64,000 nt of DNA from an uncultured Phycisphaerales bacterium (GCA_963772725.1 CAVYYI010000005.1:1-64000); one strand, 5' to 3'. Positions 20,514 through 30,507 are shown, numbered from the stretch's first letter. Program-made: numbers and translations. The notes: generated by a model from the letters alone, not told the origin.

Positions 20514-22666
20514 CGAATAAATATCTCCGCTTGTTTTTGTTCCTGATAGTCGTAGCCGCGGTTGTTTTTATTGTCGTGCGGAATATAGGGGTTGGGGGAA
20601 ATATTCTGCTGGTGATACTGGGTTTCGGCGCGGTGGTTCTGGTTCACGAGTTCGGTCATTTCATAGTGGCCAAGATGTCAGGGATAAAAGTGGAGGCGTT
20701 TTCAATCGGGTTTTCGCCTGTCCTGCTGGGAATCCTGAGGACAGAGAACGGGTATCGCATCAGGGTTCTGCCGGGATTTTTCCCTGTTGATGAAGAAGAT
20801 GACTCCGATGGGAGCTTGTTGACTCTTACCATTGGCAGAAGAGGTAAAGCGGGAGAAACCGAGTATCGTATTGGGCTTATTCCTTTTGGCGGATTTGTCA
20901 AAATGCTCGGACAGGAAGACACCAAGGCCGCCGGCGCGACGGATGACCCGCGTTCTTTCGCAAATAAAGGTGTGGCTGTTCGCGCGGCTGTTATTGTGGC
21001 GGGCGTTACCTTCAACGCGATAAGCGCTATTATTATTTTTATGGTCGCGTTTCTTATTGGTATTAAGCTGACACCGACGATAGTCGGAGGCGTAATTCCC
21101 AACTCCCCTGCCGCTGTCGCGGGATTACAGGCCGGCGATGAAATTATTGAAATCGAAGGCGAAAAAAAGAATCTTGATTTCAGCAACATAGGTATCGCGG
21201 CGGCGCTATCGGATGTTAATCAGCCTGTAGAGATGACTGTAAAGAAGAAAGACGGCACTACGAAGGAACTTTCACTGACCGCCAGGATAATCGCGGGAAG
21301 CGAGACCAAAGTTTTTGGTATTTTGCCTCCAGCGAGTCTTGACATCGCCAAAGTTTCGGATATTAATTCCCTGGCGAAAAGTACGGGACTTATGCCCGGG
21401 GACAGGGTTAAGGCCGTCAACGGAAAAGACATCCAGGCGTACTGGGATTTAGAGGAAGTCGTGGAAAACACACTTGCTCCGACAGTTACGATGCTTGCTG
21501 AAAGGACGCCGAAAAAAGGTAAAATGCAGCTGGTCGAGGCTAAGATTCCGCTGGGACTGGAATTCGCTGGCAGTTACGATGTAAATTCCGAATCGCAGCT
21601 CTATAATATCTGTTCGATGGTCCCGAGATTGCGGATAACGGCTGTTGAGTCTGCTGCACCGGGTTGGCTGGATAAACTGCTGATTAAAATGCATTTAAAG
21701 AAAAATGCCGCGGTTAAAAAACCGGTGCTGAAGGTCAATGATATAATTCTGGCAGTCGATGATGTTGAGAATCCGACTTATGTGGAACTGCGGGCAACTA
21801 CGGAGAAGTTTAAGGGCAAGGAATTGACGTTTAAAGTGCTTCGTAAAAACGCGGACGGAACAGAGATTGAGACGCCGGTAACAGTTGTGCCGGAATACTC
21901 AAAAGAAATGAAGCGTGTAATGATTGGCATCGGCGTTGTGCTGGACGCTGAGCATCCCGTTGTCGCCAAGACCGTTAGTACAAAAGAAATGCTGGCGAAA
22001 CTTGGGATTCCGCGAGGGGCGGCAATAACCGCGGTTGACGGTGTTAAGGTGTCAAACTTTTATGATATTATCCGCGAAGTCAGGCGCAAAAACGGTCAAC
22101 GCATAACAATTGATTACCGGCTCAACGCGGAAACAGCCGGCGACGTTGTCCTGAATATGACCAATGGCAAAGACTTAATCACGGCAAAATCGACCTTTGC
22201 TGAATTCGTTCCTTTTGCCAACCTGAAAAACCTGTACAAAGCCTCGGGCCGCTCGAACGCTATCTCGATGGGTTGTAAAAAAACGGTAATGTTTATAGTT
22301 CAGACCTATATAACATTAAAGCAGCTTCTCAGCGGGCTTATCAGTCCGAAACTTCTGGTTGGTCCTGTGGGTATTATTTCGCTTAGTTACAGGATAGTTT
22401 CAGAACAGCCAACGCTGCAGGATAAATTGATTTACTATTCTTACTTCCTTGGGCTGATAAGCGCTTGTATAGCCGTTATGAATCTTTTGCCGCTTCTTCC
22501 TTTCGATGGAGGGGTTCTTGTGATGTTAGCGGTGGAAAAAATCAAAGGCTCCGCCATAAGCGAACGGATTCAGGGGATGTTAGCTTATGCTGGCCTGATA
22601 CTTATCGGGGCATTTTTTATCTACGTAACTTTTAACGATATAGTAAGGAGTTTTTTTACAAAATAA
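20492..22666 (+). CDS. rseP: RIP metalloprotease RseP (M50) with multiple PDZ domains
   Basis: HEFGH, GGFVKM, NLLPLLPFDGG; follows dxr. Confidence 0.92.
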   Translation: MSEPKGLANKYLRLFLFLIVVAAVVFIVVRNIGVGGNILLVILGFGAVVLVHEFGHFIVAKMSGIKVEAFSIGFSPVLLGILRTENGYRIRVLPGFFPVDEEDDSDGSLLTLTIGRRGKAGETEYRIGLIPFGGFVKMLGQEDTKAAGATDDPRSFANKGVAVRAAVIVAGVTFNAISAIIIFMVAFLIGIKLTPTIVGGVIPNSPAAVAGLQAGDEIIEIEGEKKNLDFSNIGIAAALSDVNQPVEMTVKKKDGTTKELSLTARIIAGSETKVFGILPPASLDIAKVSDINSLAKSTGLMPGDRVKAVNGKDIQAYWDLEEVVENTLAPTVTMLAERTPKKGKMQLVEAKIPLGLEFAGSYDVNSESQLYNICSMVPRLRITAVESAAPGWLDKLLIKMHLKKNAAVKKPVLKVNDIILAVDDVENPTYVELRATTEKFKGKELTFKVLRKNADGTEIETPVTVVPEYSKEMKRVMIGIGVVLDAEHPVVAKTVSTKEMLAKLGIPRGAAITAVDGVKVSNFYDIIREVRRKNGQRITIDYRLNAETAGDVVLNMTNGKDLITAKSTFAEFVPFANLKNLYKASGRSNAISMGCKKTVMFIVQTYITLKQLLSGLISPKLLVGPVGIISLSYRIVSEQPTLQDKLIYYSYFLGLISACIAVMNLLPLLPFDGGVLVMLAVEKIKGSAISERIQGMLAYAGLILIGAFFIYVTFNDIVRSFFTK

Positions 22667-22682
22667 TTAAAAGGATTTAATT

Positions 22683-24113
22683 ATGTTGCTGGACAATGAA
22701 AGCGGCAGGGATGCGCTTGGGACTCTGAAAAAAGCGGACAAAAAGGTTTATGAATTAATAACCGCCGAAAACCAAACGCCGCGAACCTGCGAAGAATATC
22801 ACTCAAATTTGATGAACGCCCTTGAGGCGGAGGACTCGCAGGTTTACGATTTAATAACAAAAGAATATGAACGGTTAAGGAAAACCATTCAGCTGATCGC
22901 GGCGGAGAACCAATGTTCAAGGGCGGTGCTGGCGGCACTGGGGTCGGTGGCGCAAAATAAGACGACAGAGGGTTTCCCTGGGGCGAGATTTCATGGCGGA
23001 TGCCAAATAGTTGACGAACTGGAATCGCTTGCTGTCAGCAGGGCTAAACAGGCTTTTAAGGCACAATACGCGAATGTTCAGCCTCACTCCGGCACACAGG
23101 CCAACCAGATTGTCATCACCGCCATTCTCGAACGCGGCGATAAGATATTGAGCCTGGCGATGGACCAGGGAGGGCATGTCTCGCACGGGGCAAATGTGTC
23201 TTACGCGGGAAAATTTTTCGATGTGGAAAATTATCACGTTGACCCGAAAAGTTTTCTTCTCGATTATGATTCGATTCGGGCAAAAGCGATTCAGTTCAAA
23301 CCAAAGCTGATTATCTGCGGCGCAACGGCTTATCCGAGGATAATAGATTTTAAGAAGTTCAGGGAAATCGCGGATGAGGTCGGGGCATATCTGCTGGCGG
23401 ACACATCGCATTTAGCGGCTTTAGTAATAGGCGAGGCACATCCTTCGCCGGTGGATTACGCGCATTTCACAACAACAAGCACGTATAAACCCGGCGGGCC
23501 GCGCGGCGGGTTGATTTTAATAGGCAGAGATTTCGAGAGGAAGATAAACGTGTCAGGTAAGGAAATGGCGTTATGGAAACTTATCGAAAAGACGACATTT
23601 CCCGGCGTTCAGGGGACGCCATACCTCAATCATATAGCGGCAAAGGCTGTTTTCTTCAAGGAGGCAGTCAGTTCGGAATATAAAGCCAGGCAATTTAAAA
23701 TCATTGAAAACGCAAAAAAACTTGCGGAAAATCTGTTGAATATCGGTTATGATGTGCTTACCGGCGGAACAGATAATCACCTGGTTCTGATGAATGTCGC
23801 GAATTTCAGACAGGGTCTGACCGGTGTTATCGCGCAGAAAAGCCTGGAAGATTGTGGTATAATTATCAATATGAATAAGCTGCCTTATGACAGGAAAAAG
23901 GCTTCAGTTACCAGCGGAATGAGACTCGGCACACCGATTGTTACGAGAAATGGTATGGGCGCTGACGAAATGAATAAAATAACCGCGATGATAGATGATG
24001 TGCTCAGGAAGGTTGAAATAATAAATGAATGCGAATATAAATTGGATGAGCGATTCAGGGAAAAAATCAAAGGACAGGTTGAGTCTCTGTGCGGGAGATT
24101 TTTCGCATACTGA
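22683..24113 (+). CDS. glyA: Serine hydroxymethyltransferase-like PLP enzyme, divergent motifs
   Basis: LIAAEN, ANVQPHSG.QAN, GGPRGG, GGTDNH, TSG.RLGTP; non-canonical NKTTEGFP, RFHGG, STYK. Confidence 0.8.
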   Translation: MLLDNESGRDALGTLKKADKKVYELITAENQTPRTCEEYHSNLMNALEAEDSQVYDLITKEYERLRKTIQLIAAENQCSRAVLAALGSVAQNKTTEGFPGARFHGGCQIVDELESLAVSRAKQAFKAQYANVQPHSGTQANQIVITAILERGDKILSLAMDQGGHVSHGANVSYAGKFFDVENYHVDPKSFLLDYDSIRAKAIQFKPKLIICGATAYPRIIDFKKFREIADEVGAYLLADTSHLAALVIGEAHPSPVDYAHFTTTSTYKPGGPRGGLILIGRDFERKINVSGKEMALWKLIEKTTFPGVQGTPYLNHIAAKAVFFKEAVSSEYKARQFKIIENAKKLAENLLNIGYDVLTGGTDNHLVLMNVANFRQGLTGVIAQKSLEDCGIIINMNKLPYDRKKASVTSGMRLGTPIVTRNGMGADEMNKITAMIDDVLRKVEIINECEYKLDERFREKIKGQVESLCGRFFAY

Positions 24114-24140
24114 AAATGTGTTTAATCACGGATTACGCAG

Positions 24141-24803
24141 ATGACACTGCAAAATTATTTTGTTCATGGTACCGCGGTGGTTGATGACGGGGCGGAAATC
24201 GGGCAAGGCACGAAAATTTGGCATTTCTCGCATATAAGCAGCGACGCCAAAATCGGGGAGAAATGCATCCTTGGGCAGAACGTTTTTATCGCGGGCGGCG
24301 TAACTATAGGCAATAATGTAAAAATTCAGAATAATGTTTCGATTTATACCGGCACGATTATCGAGGACGATGTTTTTCTTGGGCCGAGCTGTGTTCTGAC
24401 AAATATTACAAATCCACGGTCTCAGATTGTCCGCCATGAGTTGTATGAAAAGACAATTATCCGGCGTGGGGCGAGCGTCGGAGCAAACGCGACGATTGTG
24501 TGCGGAATAGAACTGGGGCGTTATTGTTTTATAGCGGCTGGTGCCGTAATTGCCAAGAATGTTCCGGATTATGCGTTGATGATGGGTGTACCGGCAAGGC
24601 AAGTCGGCTGGATAAGCAGGCATGGGGTTCGCTTGTCTAAGCCTGATGCAAATGGTATTATGGTTTGTGCCGAGAGCGGTTATCGTTATAAGGAAATTTC
24701 CGCCGGCGTGGTCAAATGTCTAAATTGGGATGAGGAAGCCCCCCTGCCGCCGGAAAAGGCTGTCGGGAAGAAAACTTATGACGAACTGAAGAAGAATATT
24801 TAA
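24141..24803 (+). CDS. WbpD-like hexapeptide-repeat sugar N-acetyltransferase
   Basis: IGQGTKIWHFSHI, GNNVKIQNNVSIY, FLGPSCVLTN..NPRS, GVPARQ.GW. Confidence 0.9.
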   Translation: MTLQNYFVHGTAVVDDGAEIGQGTKIWHFSHISSDAKIGEKCILGQNVFIAGGVTIGNNVKIQNNVSIYTGTIIEDDVFLGPSCVLTNITNPRSQIVRHELYEKTIIRRGASVGANATIVCGIELGRYCFIAAGAVIAKNVPDYALMMGVPARQVGWISRHGVRLSKPDANGIMVCAESGYRYKEISAGVVKCLNWDEEAPLPPEKAVGKKTYDELKKNI

Positions 24804-24862
24804 ACACTGATTACCAGCGTAATCAGTGTTTAATAAGAAAATTTATATAATGGAGAAGATAG

Positions 24863-25963
24863 ATGCAGGTTCCTTTGCTGGATTTGAAGGCGCAGTACGC
24901 GAATATTGAAAATGAGGTTATGGCGGCGATTGGCGAGGTGCTGAAATCACAGAGATGTATCGGCGGGCCGAAAGTAACCGAACTCGAACAGAAAATAGCC
25001 GCCGTCAGCGACTGCAAATACGCGGTAGGTGTTTCCAGCGGTACCGACGCGATTCTGAACTGTCTGATGAGTCTTGATATTGGTCCCGGCGATGAAGTAA
25101 TTACAACGCCTTTTACGTTTTTCGCGACGGTGGGCTGTATCGCCCGCATTTGCGCTAAGCCGGTACTGGTCGATATCAACCCGAAAACCTACAATATTAA
25201 TCCGGAATTGATTGAGCGGGCTATTACCAAAAAAACCAAAGCGATTATGCCTGTTCATCTTTTCGGGCAAATGGCGGATATGGACCCAATTATGAAAATC
25301 GCGGCTAAACACAACCTTGCGGTCATAGAAGACACGGCCCAGTCTATCACAAGCACTTATAAAGGCAAAAAGGCGGGGAGCATCGGAACGGCTGGGTGCT
25401 TCAGCTTTTTCCCGAGCAAAAATCTTGGCGGCATAGGTGACGGCGGGATGATTGTTACAAACGACCAGAAACTTTATGAACGTATGGAGATTATGCGTAA
25501 TCACGGCAGCAAGCCGAAATATTATCATAAATTTGTAGGGGGCAATTTCCGGCTCGATCCGATTCAGGCGGTGGCGCTTCTTGTGAAGCTGCCGCATCTG
25601 GATGATTGGTCGCAGGCACGACGGAATAACGCAGCTTATTATAATAAAAAGTTCGCTGGGACGGCGGTGCAGACGCCTTATATCAGCCCAGATTGCAAAA
25701 CGATTTATAACCAGTATGTGATTCGCGTGCCGAACCGTGACACAGTAATGGCACATCTGCAAAAGAATGATATCGGCTGCGAGATATATTATCCCGTGCC
25801 GATGCATATGCAAGAATGCTTTAGTTATCTCGGGTATAAAAAAGGAGCGTTCCCTGAATCTGAAAAGGCCGCCGCCGAAGTGCTGGCATTACCGGTTTAT
25901 CCGGAACTGACCGACGAGATGAAGGATTTCGCGGCTGAGAATGTTTTAGCCGCTGTTAAATAA
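24863..25963 (+). CDS. DegT/DnrJ/EryC1/StrS aminotransferase (WbpE-like)
   Basis: VPLLDLKAQY, SSGTDA, PVHLFGQ, SFFPSKNLG..GDGG, NFRLD.IQA. Confidence 0.93.
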   Translation: MQVPLLDLKAQYANIENEVMAAIGEVLKSQRCIGGPKVTELEQKIAAVSDCKYAVGVSSGTDAILNCLMSLDIGPGDEVITTPFTFFATVGCIARICAKPVLVDINPKTYNINPELIERAITKKTKAIMPVHLFGQMADMDPIMKIAAKHNLAVIEDTAQSITSTYKGKKAGSIGTAGCFSFFPSKNLGGIGDGGMIVTNDQKLYERMEIMRNHGSKPKYYHKFVGGNFRLDPIQAVALLVKLPHLDDWSQARRNNAAYYNKKFAGTAVQTPYISPDCKTIYNQYVIRVPNRDTVMAHLQKNDIGCEIYYPVPMHMQECFSYLGYKKGAFPESEKAAAEVLALPVYPELTDEMKDFAAENVLAAVK

Positions 25964-25980
25964 GTTTCGAGTTTGTTAAA

Positions 25981-26104
25981 TTAACCGCGAATGAACACGA
26001 AAAAAAATATTAGCCACAGATTACACAGGTTTCACTGAAAAAATAAATCTGTGTTTATCTGTGAAATCAGCGGCTAAAAAAGATTTGTGTTAATTAGTGG
26101 TTAA
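25981..26104. repeat. Nested palindromic repeat cluster
   Basis: Outer arms TTAACCGCGAATGAACACGAA / TTTGTGTTAATTAGTGGTTAA; inner arms TTAGCCACAGATTACACAG / ATCTGTGTTTATCTGTGAAATCAGCGGCTAA. Confidence 0.65.
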
Positions 26105-26175
26105 AAATTGTTCTTCTCTGCGAATTCGGCGTTGAAAATATTTTGAGTGTCTGGTATTGAAAAAGGGAAACGAAA

Positions 26176-27126
26176 ATGTATAAGGGCAAAAGTGTCTGTG
26201 TAGTCGTGCCGGCGTATAATGAGGAAAAACTTATCGGCAGAGTCATTGAAACAATGCCTGATTATGTTGAAAAAATCGTTATTGTTGACGACAACAGCAT
26301 CGACAAAACCGCGGACACGGTGCAGGGTTATGTATCCAAACAGGGCGGCAGAGTCATCCTTATCAAACATCCGAAAAACCAGGGTGTCGGCGGAGCGATT
26401 ATCACGGGCTACAAGTGGGCACGTGATAACAGGATTGACGCGACGGCGGTTATGGCGGGCGATGCACAGATGGACCCAGCGGATTTGGCGGCGCTTCTGG
26501 ACCCGGTGGTCACGGGCGAGATTGATTACTCGAAGGGTAACCGTCTGTTCACCGGCAACGCGTGGCATATAATCCCGAAGGTGAGATACCTGGGAAATTC
26601 TTTTTTGTCGCTGCTGACTAAAATAGCCTCGGGGTACTGGCACGTGGCGGATTCGCAGACGGGATACACGGTCATCAATCTAAAAGCCCTCGATATGCTC
26701 AATCTCGACGGGATATACAAAAGATACGGTATGCCGAACGATATGCTCGTAAAGCTGAATATTTATAATTTCAAGGTTCGGGATATTCCAATTAAGCCGG
26801 TCTATAATATTGGCGAAATATCGCTGATAAGAGTGCGAAAGGTTATGGTAACAATATCATGGCTTCTGCTGATGGATTTCATTTACCGGCTCAAGGAGAA
26901 GTACATAATTCGCGATTTTCATCCGCTGGTTTTCTTTTATCTTTTCGGCAATCTGTTCGGCCTGATTACGCTGATATTGTTTATAAGGCTGTTCTGCTAC
27001 TGGTATAACGTGGGACATATACCCCCTATTAACGCGTTGGCGGCGATGTTCTCGTTTATGAGCACCGTACAGTTCACGCTTTTCGCTATGTGGTTCGATA
27101 TGGAATCAAATAAAGACCTCAAATAA
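26176..27126 (+). CDS. GT2 glycosyltransferase (polyprenol-phosphate type, two C-terminal TMs)
   Basis: VVVPAYNE, VDD.S.D, NQGVG.A, MAGDAQMDP, D.QTGY. Confidence 0.9.
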   Translation: MYKGKSVCVVVPAYNEEKLIGRVIETMPDYVEKIVIVDDNSIDKTADTVQGYVSKQGGRVILIKHPKNQGVGGAIITGYKWARDNRIDATAVMAGDAQMDPADLAALLDPVVTGEIDYSKGNRLFTGNAWHIIPKVRYLGNSFLSLLTKIASGYWHVADSQTGYTVINLKALDMLNLDGIYKRYGMPNDMLVKLNIYNFKVRDIPIKPVYNIGEISLIRVRKVMVTISWLLLMDFIYRLKEKYIIRDFHPLVFFYLFGNLFGLITLILFIRLFCYWYNVGHIPPINALAAMFSFMSTVQFTLFAMWFDMESNKDLK

Positions 27127-27162
27127 AAAAGGGCTGTCAATTTCGAACCGGCAGCCCTTTTA
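27125..27162. terminator. Bidirectional Rho-independent terminator
   Basis: AAAAGGGCTGTC-loop-GGCAGCCCTTTT between convergent genes. Confidence 0.78.
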
Positions 27163-27182
27163 TATCTCTGAAAAATCAAGAA

Positions 27183-27947
27183 CTATTTTTTACGATTTCT
27201 AACTAATCCTAATCCTCCCAAACCAAGCAGAATTAGTGTTGCAGGTTCAGGGACAAGATTAGCAACTTGCTCAGCAGTAAGGGCATTGTTATATACCTGT
27301 ACATCATCCATTTTGCCGCCAAAGAAGTTCACATAGTTTCCTCCTGCTGTGTTGTCATAAGCCCCCATAGTAAAATATCTGTTATAAGTGTTAGGACCTA
27401 CCGAACCTGAAGTAGTTACGAAATCAGTTTCTCGAACGCCATTTATGTAAATATATTTATTCGAGCCATCATAAGTCGCGGTGATTAGGTACCATGTATT
27501 TGCCGTAAGGGCGGTTGAGGAAGTTACAACGCTACCAGTCCAATCATTGCCCGTTAAAAACCTTATTTTCCCATCTGATGGAAACATCATAATTTTATAT
27601 ACACCTTCTATACCTACCGAGAAAGACTGTCCAGCCCGATTGACGCCATCCCAATTTACCCATGCAGAAACCGTTACCTGGGGTAAATTTGACAAATTAG
27701 CGCTTCCGCAGGTAACATAATCACTTGTTCCGTTAAAGCCTAACGCTGAGGTACCAATTTTACCCGTCGTCCACGTAGCTCCGTGTGTATTTCCATTATT
27801 ACTCCCTACCGAATCCTGAACCACGGTTCCGCCATTTTCATCTAACCTCCAGTGAGCTATGATGTCGGCATTTAGCGATGAACACAATAGCCCCATTACA
27901 GCAACAAGCCCCATCAACAAACAAATTTTGTTAGTTTCCCGTCTCAT
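27183..27947 (-). CDS. LamG-like domain protein with PEP-CTERM sorting signal
   Basis: Signal peptide; AHWRLDE, TVSAWV, WY.ITATYDG, G.MDDVQVYNNALT; VPEPATLILLGLGGLGLVRNRKK. Confidence 0.9.
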   Translation of the reverse strand: MRRETNKICLLMGLVAVMGLLCSSLNADIIAHWRLDENGGTVVQDSVGSNNGNTHGATWTTGKIGTSALGFNGTSDYVTCGSANLSNLPQVTVSAWVNWDGVNRAGQSFSVGIEGVYKIMMFPSDGKIRFLTGNDWTGSVVTSSTALTANTWYLITATYDGSNKYIYINGVRETDFVTTSGSVGPNTYNRYFTMGAYDNTAGGNYVNFFGGKMDDVQVYNNALTAEQVANLVPEPATLILLGLGGLGLVRNRKK

Positions 27948-28520
27948 TTTCTTTTCTCCTTTTCTTCTAAAACGTTAATTTTCCCCAAAGGCGGCGGGCT
28001 ATTAAACCTTTACGCCTTTACTTTACATAAAGAATTACCCTTTTTCTTAAAAGGAAAACCGGCAAGAATTAGCAAATACCTCCTGCCCTCTTCTTCGGTC
28101 CAACGAAATCCAATTGAAAATATGAATTACTCTCTTCTTCTGGTGAGACACAAGGCTCACCCTGCATAATACTTAAAAATACCCTATTTATCCATAAATG
28201 TCAAGAAAATTATTCTTTATCTATTAATAAGATGCGCAGAAAATGAAAATGAGACAATATTTTTTTAAAAAACTTTGGCTAAACCTCAGAAAACCTTATT
28301 AAAATTAGCAATAATTCTGGAAATTTGCTTAAAAATACTTATTATTCAAACCAACTGATGGTCGGTTTAAGAGTCCAAACATCAGATAATAGAAGATAAG
28401 TCCTTGCATATAAAGATGTTATAATTTATACTGACCGATGGCAGGCTTGAGACGCAAAGAAGCAAAGTGAGAAATGCATCCTCTTTGCCTTATGGGATTA
28501 TGAAGATAATATAAAGTTGA

Positions 28521-28548
28521 TAGATTCCTGCTTTCGCGGGAATGACAA
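28521..28548. repeat. Half copy of REP-like element
   Basis: TAGATTCCTGCTTTCGCGGGAATGACAA resembles the right arm of 12313-12379. Confidence 0.65.
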
Positions 28549-28655
28549 AAAAAGAAGCGAGAATGACAGTAGCCATAAATCGGCTATCATCAGCTTGATT
28601 TGATATGGCAGGTCGAACCGGTCAGTTTGAGAAAATAAAATGGCGGCGGTGTTAA

Positions 28656-30422
28656 ATGAAAAAAGATAAAATCAATATTTCGGAATTGCGGCAAACGTCA
28701 GAGCGTGTGAAACTGACTGTTGCTGAATGGATTTTGGCGCCGGTGCTTTCGGCGGTAGCGGCTGTATGGGCTTTCCCGTATATCGGGACGGCAATCGGCT
28801 GGGACGACCTGTATTATATGGATGTCTCGCAGCACACCACGCCGCAGGCGACGATTTTGAACAGGTATGTCCATATATATATCCAGAAATTTTTCTTCTG
28901 GCTTGCGGGCAATCCGATGACGGGAACAAGAATTTACTGGTGCGTTCAGTTTTTTGTTACGCTGACTTTGGTGTATTGGTGCGCGCGGCTGCTGGCGGGG
29001 AAAAAAGGATGGCTCATCGGGCTTGTCGGAGCGGCAATCTTCTGTTCGCAGTCGTACTTCGGCAAATACTCAGTCGGCATATACTCAGGCTGTACAGACG
29101 CGGACCTTACGGTAATGATGTTTTTAACGGCTGGGATTTTTGTGCTGCTGGCGTTTAGGCCTGATATATCAGGACACCGGCACATAATTATTATGGTTCT
29201 CGGTTTGTTATTTTTCGCGGCTATGAAATCGAAGGAAACCGCTATATGTATGGCGGTTTTGTTTTTGGCATTGGGTAAAGACGCGGCGGGCGTGCGCAAT
29301 TTTAACAGATTTGTTAAGGATACAGGCTGGGTGTTTGCGGGTATGGCGGCGGGTTCGGTCATACTGATGATATTCGACGGGATAATCCTGGGCGATTTTT
29401 TGTTTTCAGTCAGGCCTGCAAATATTCATCAGTTGTTCGCGTTTAATTTCGGCCAGAATCAACCAATAACAAGCACATCGTGGCTTGCGCATCTTATGCA
29501 GCAGCCGATGGCGGCGGCATTTCTGTTTTACCTGTTTGTCGGCTCAAAATTTAACCATCACGGCAGCGAACAAAATATGGCGGACAGAACCAAACTTTAT
29601 ATATGGTCGATTCCCCTGCTGCTGTTGATTTTTATAATATATACCACAATGATGCAGAGGCTCTGGCCGGTGGTGGCCCGATACTTTGCGCCGGCGATTC
29701 CGGTTATATGCATCTTCGCGGCGCAGTTTTTCAGATTCGATATTAGCGGAGCATTATCTTTAGGCAAAAGTGGAGTTAATATTCCTAAAATGCCGGCAGC
29801 GATAATAATTGTCGCTGCGGCGTTTGTTATCGCCTGTTCTTTTACGCAGAAAATGGGCGAAATCGCAGTGAACCTGAAAATTGAAAATCCGCATGAGTTT
29901 TATGTTAATTACATATTGCCAGCAGCAATCGCGGCAGTTTTGATCGCGGCAGCAGTCACCCGCAAACGAGGCCTGATTGCGTTATTTATCTGTTGGCTGG
30001 GCCTATTCATGATAATATGTCTTCCGCTGACGGAAAATATAATGATGTTAAAACAGAGAGTTGTCGCCCAACAGAGTAAGATGCGTTATCTGCCTTACAG
30101 CGTTTTTAAAGACGATATAAAGATTGAAAAGACTATGAGGATTCTTGTCTCAAAGAGTTTTTACGCTCAATACAAAATGCTTGGGCGAAATTACATCCCG
30201 CACTGCTGGATGTTCAACGTTTTCTTCAATCAAAAGCTTGACCAGAGCCAGTTTATCGACGGCACAGCAGATGATATTCTTAAAGGCGGTTACGATTATG
30301 GATTTGTTACCCAGAGTGACTGGCAGACGATAAATAAAAAGCCGGAATTTGAAACACTTATGAGAAATTATACGTTCAGGATTGACCCACAGACAAAATT
30401 TGTCCTGCTAAAAAAACGTTAA
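28656..30422 (+). CDS. Polytopic membrane protein, probable GT-C fold glycosyltransferase
   Basis: GWDD..Y first loop, KSKET, ARYFAP, many TMs. Confidence 0.65.
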   Translation: MKKDKINISELRQTSERVKLTVAEWILAPVLSAVAAVWAFPYIGTAIGWDDLYYMDVSQHTTPQATILNRYVHIYIQKFFFWLAGNPMTGTRIYWCVQFFVTLTLVYWCARLLAGKKGWLIGLVGAAIFCSQSYFGKYSVGIYSGCTDADLTVMMFLTAGIFVLLAFRPDISGHRHIIIMVLGLLFFAAMKSKETAICMAVLFLALGKDAAGVRNFNRFVKDTGWVFAGMAAGSVILMIFDGIILGDFLFSVRPANIHQLFAFNFGQNQPITSTSWLAHLMQQPMAAAFLFYLFVGSKFNHHGSEQNMADRTKLYIWSIPLLLLIFIIYTTMMQRLWPVVARYFAPAIPVICIFAAQFFRFDISGALSLGKSGVNIPKMPAAIIIVAAAFVIACSFTQKMGEIAVNLKIENPHEFYVNYILPAAIAAVLIAAAVTRKRGLIALFICWLGLFMIICLPLTENIMMLKQRVVAQQSKMRYLPYSVFKDDIKIEKTMRILVSKSFYAQYKMLGRNYIPHCWMFNVFFNQKLDQSQFIDGTADDILKGGYDYGFVTQSDWQTINKKPEFETLMRNYTFRIDPQTKFVLLKKR

Positions 30423-30478
30423 AGTCTTGAAATATATAATGTTACGTTAACAAGCCGCATTTCGTGGACGGTTTTATA

Positions 30479-30507
30479 TTGACATTATTATTTTTATACG
30501 GTATAAT
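30479..30507 (+). promoter_or_regulatory. Perfect consensus sigma70 promoter
   Basis: TTGACA(30479-30484)-17 nt-TATAAT(30502-30507). Confidence 0.8.

Noticed and set aside
24947..25813. 288-aa minus-strand ORF, and similar long antisense ORFs at 37349, 18157, 26101 and 53294
   Set aside because: Lie opposite well-supported genes and lack family motifs.
25981..26135. Possible CRISPR array
   Set aside because: Repeats are inverted, degenerate and nested, without regular unique spacers; no cas genes.
28435..28480. GGCAGG...GACGCAAAG resembling a c-di-GMP-I riboswitch
   Set aside because: No GGCAAA/GNRA-capped P2 stem or convincing P1/P3 pairing.
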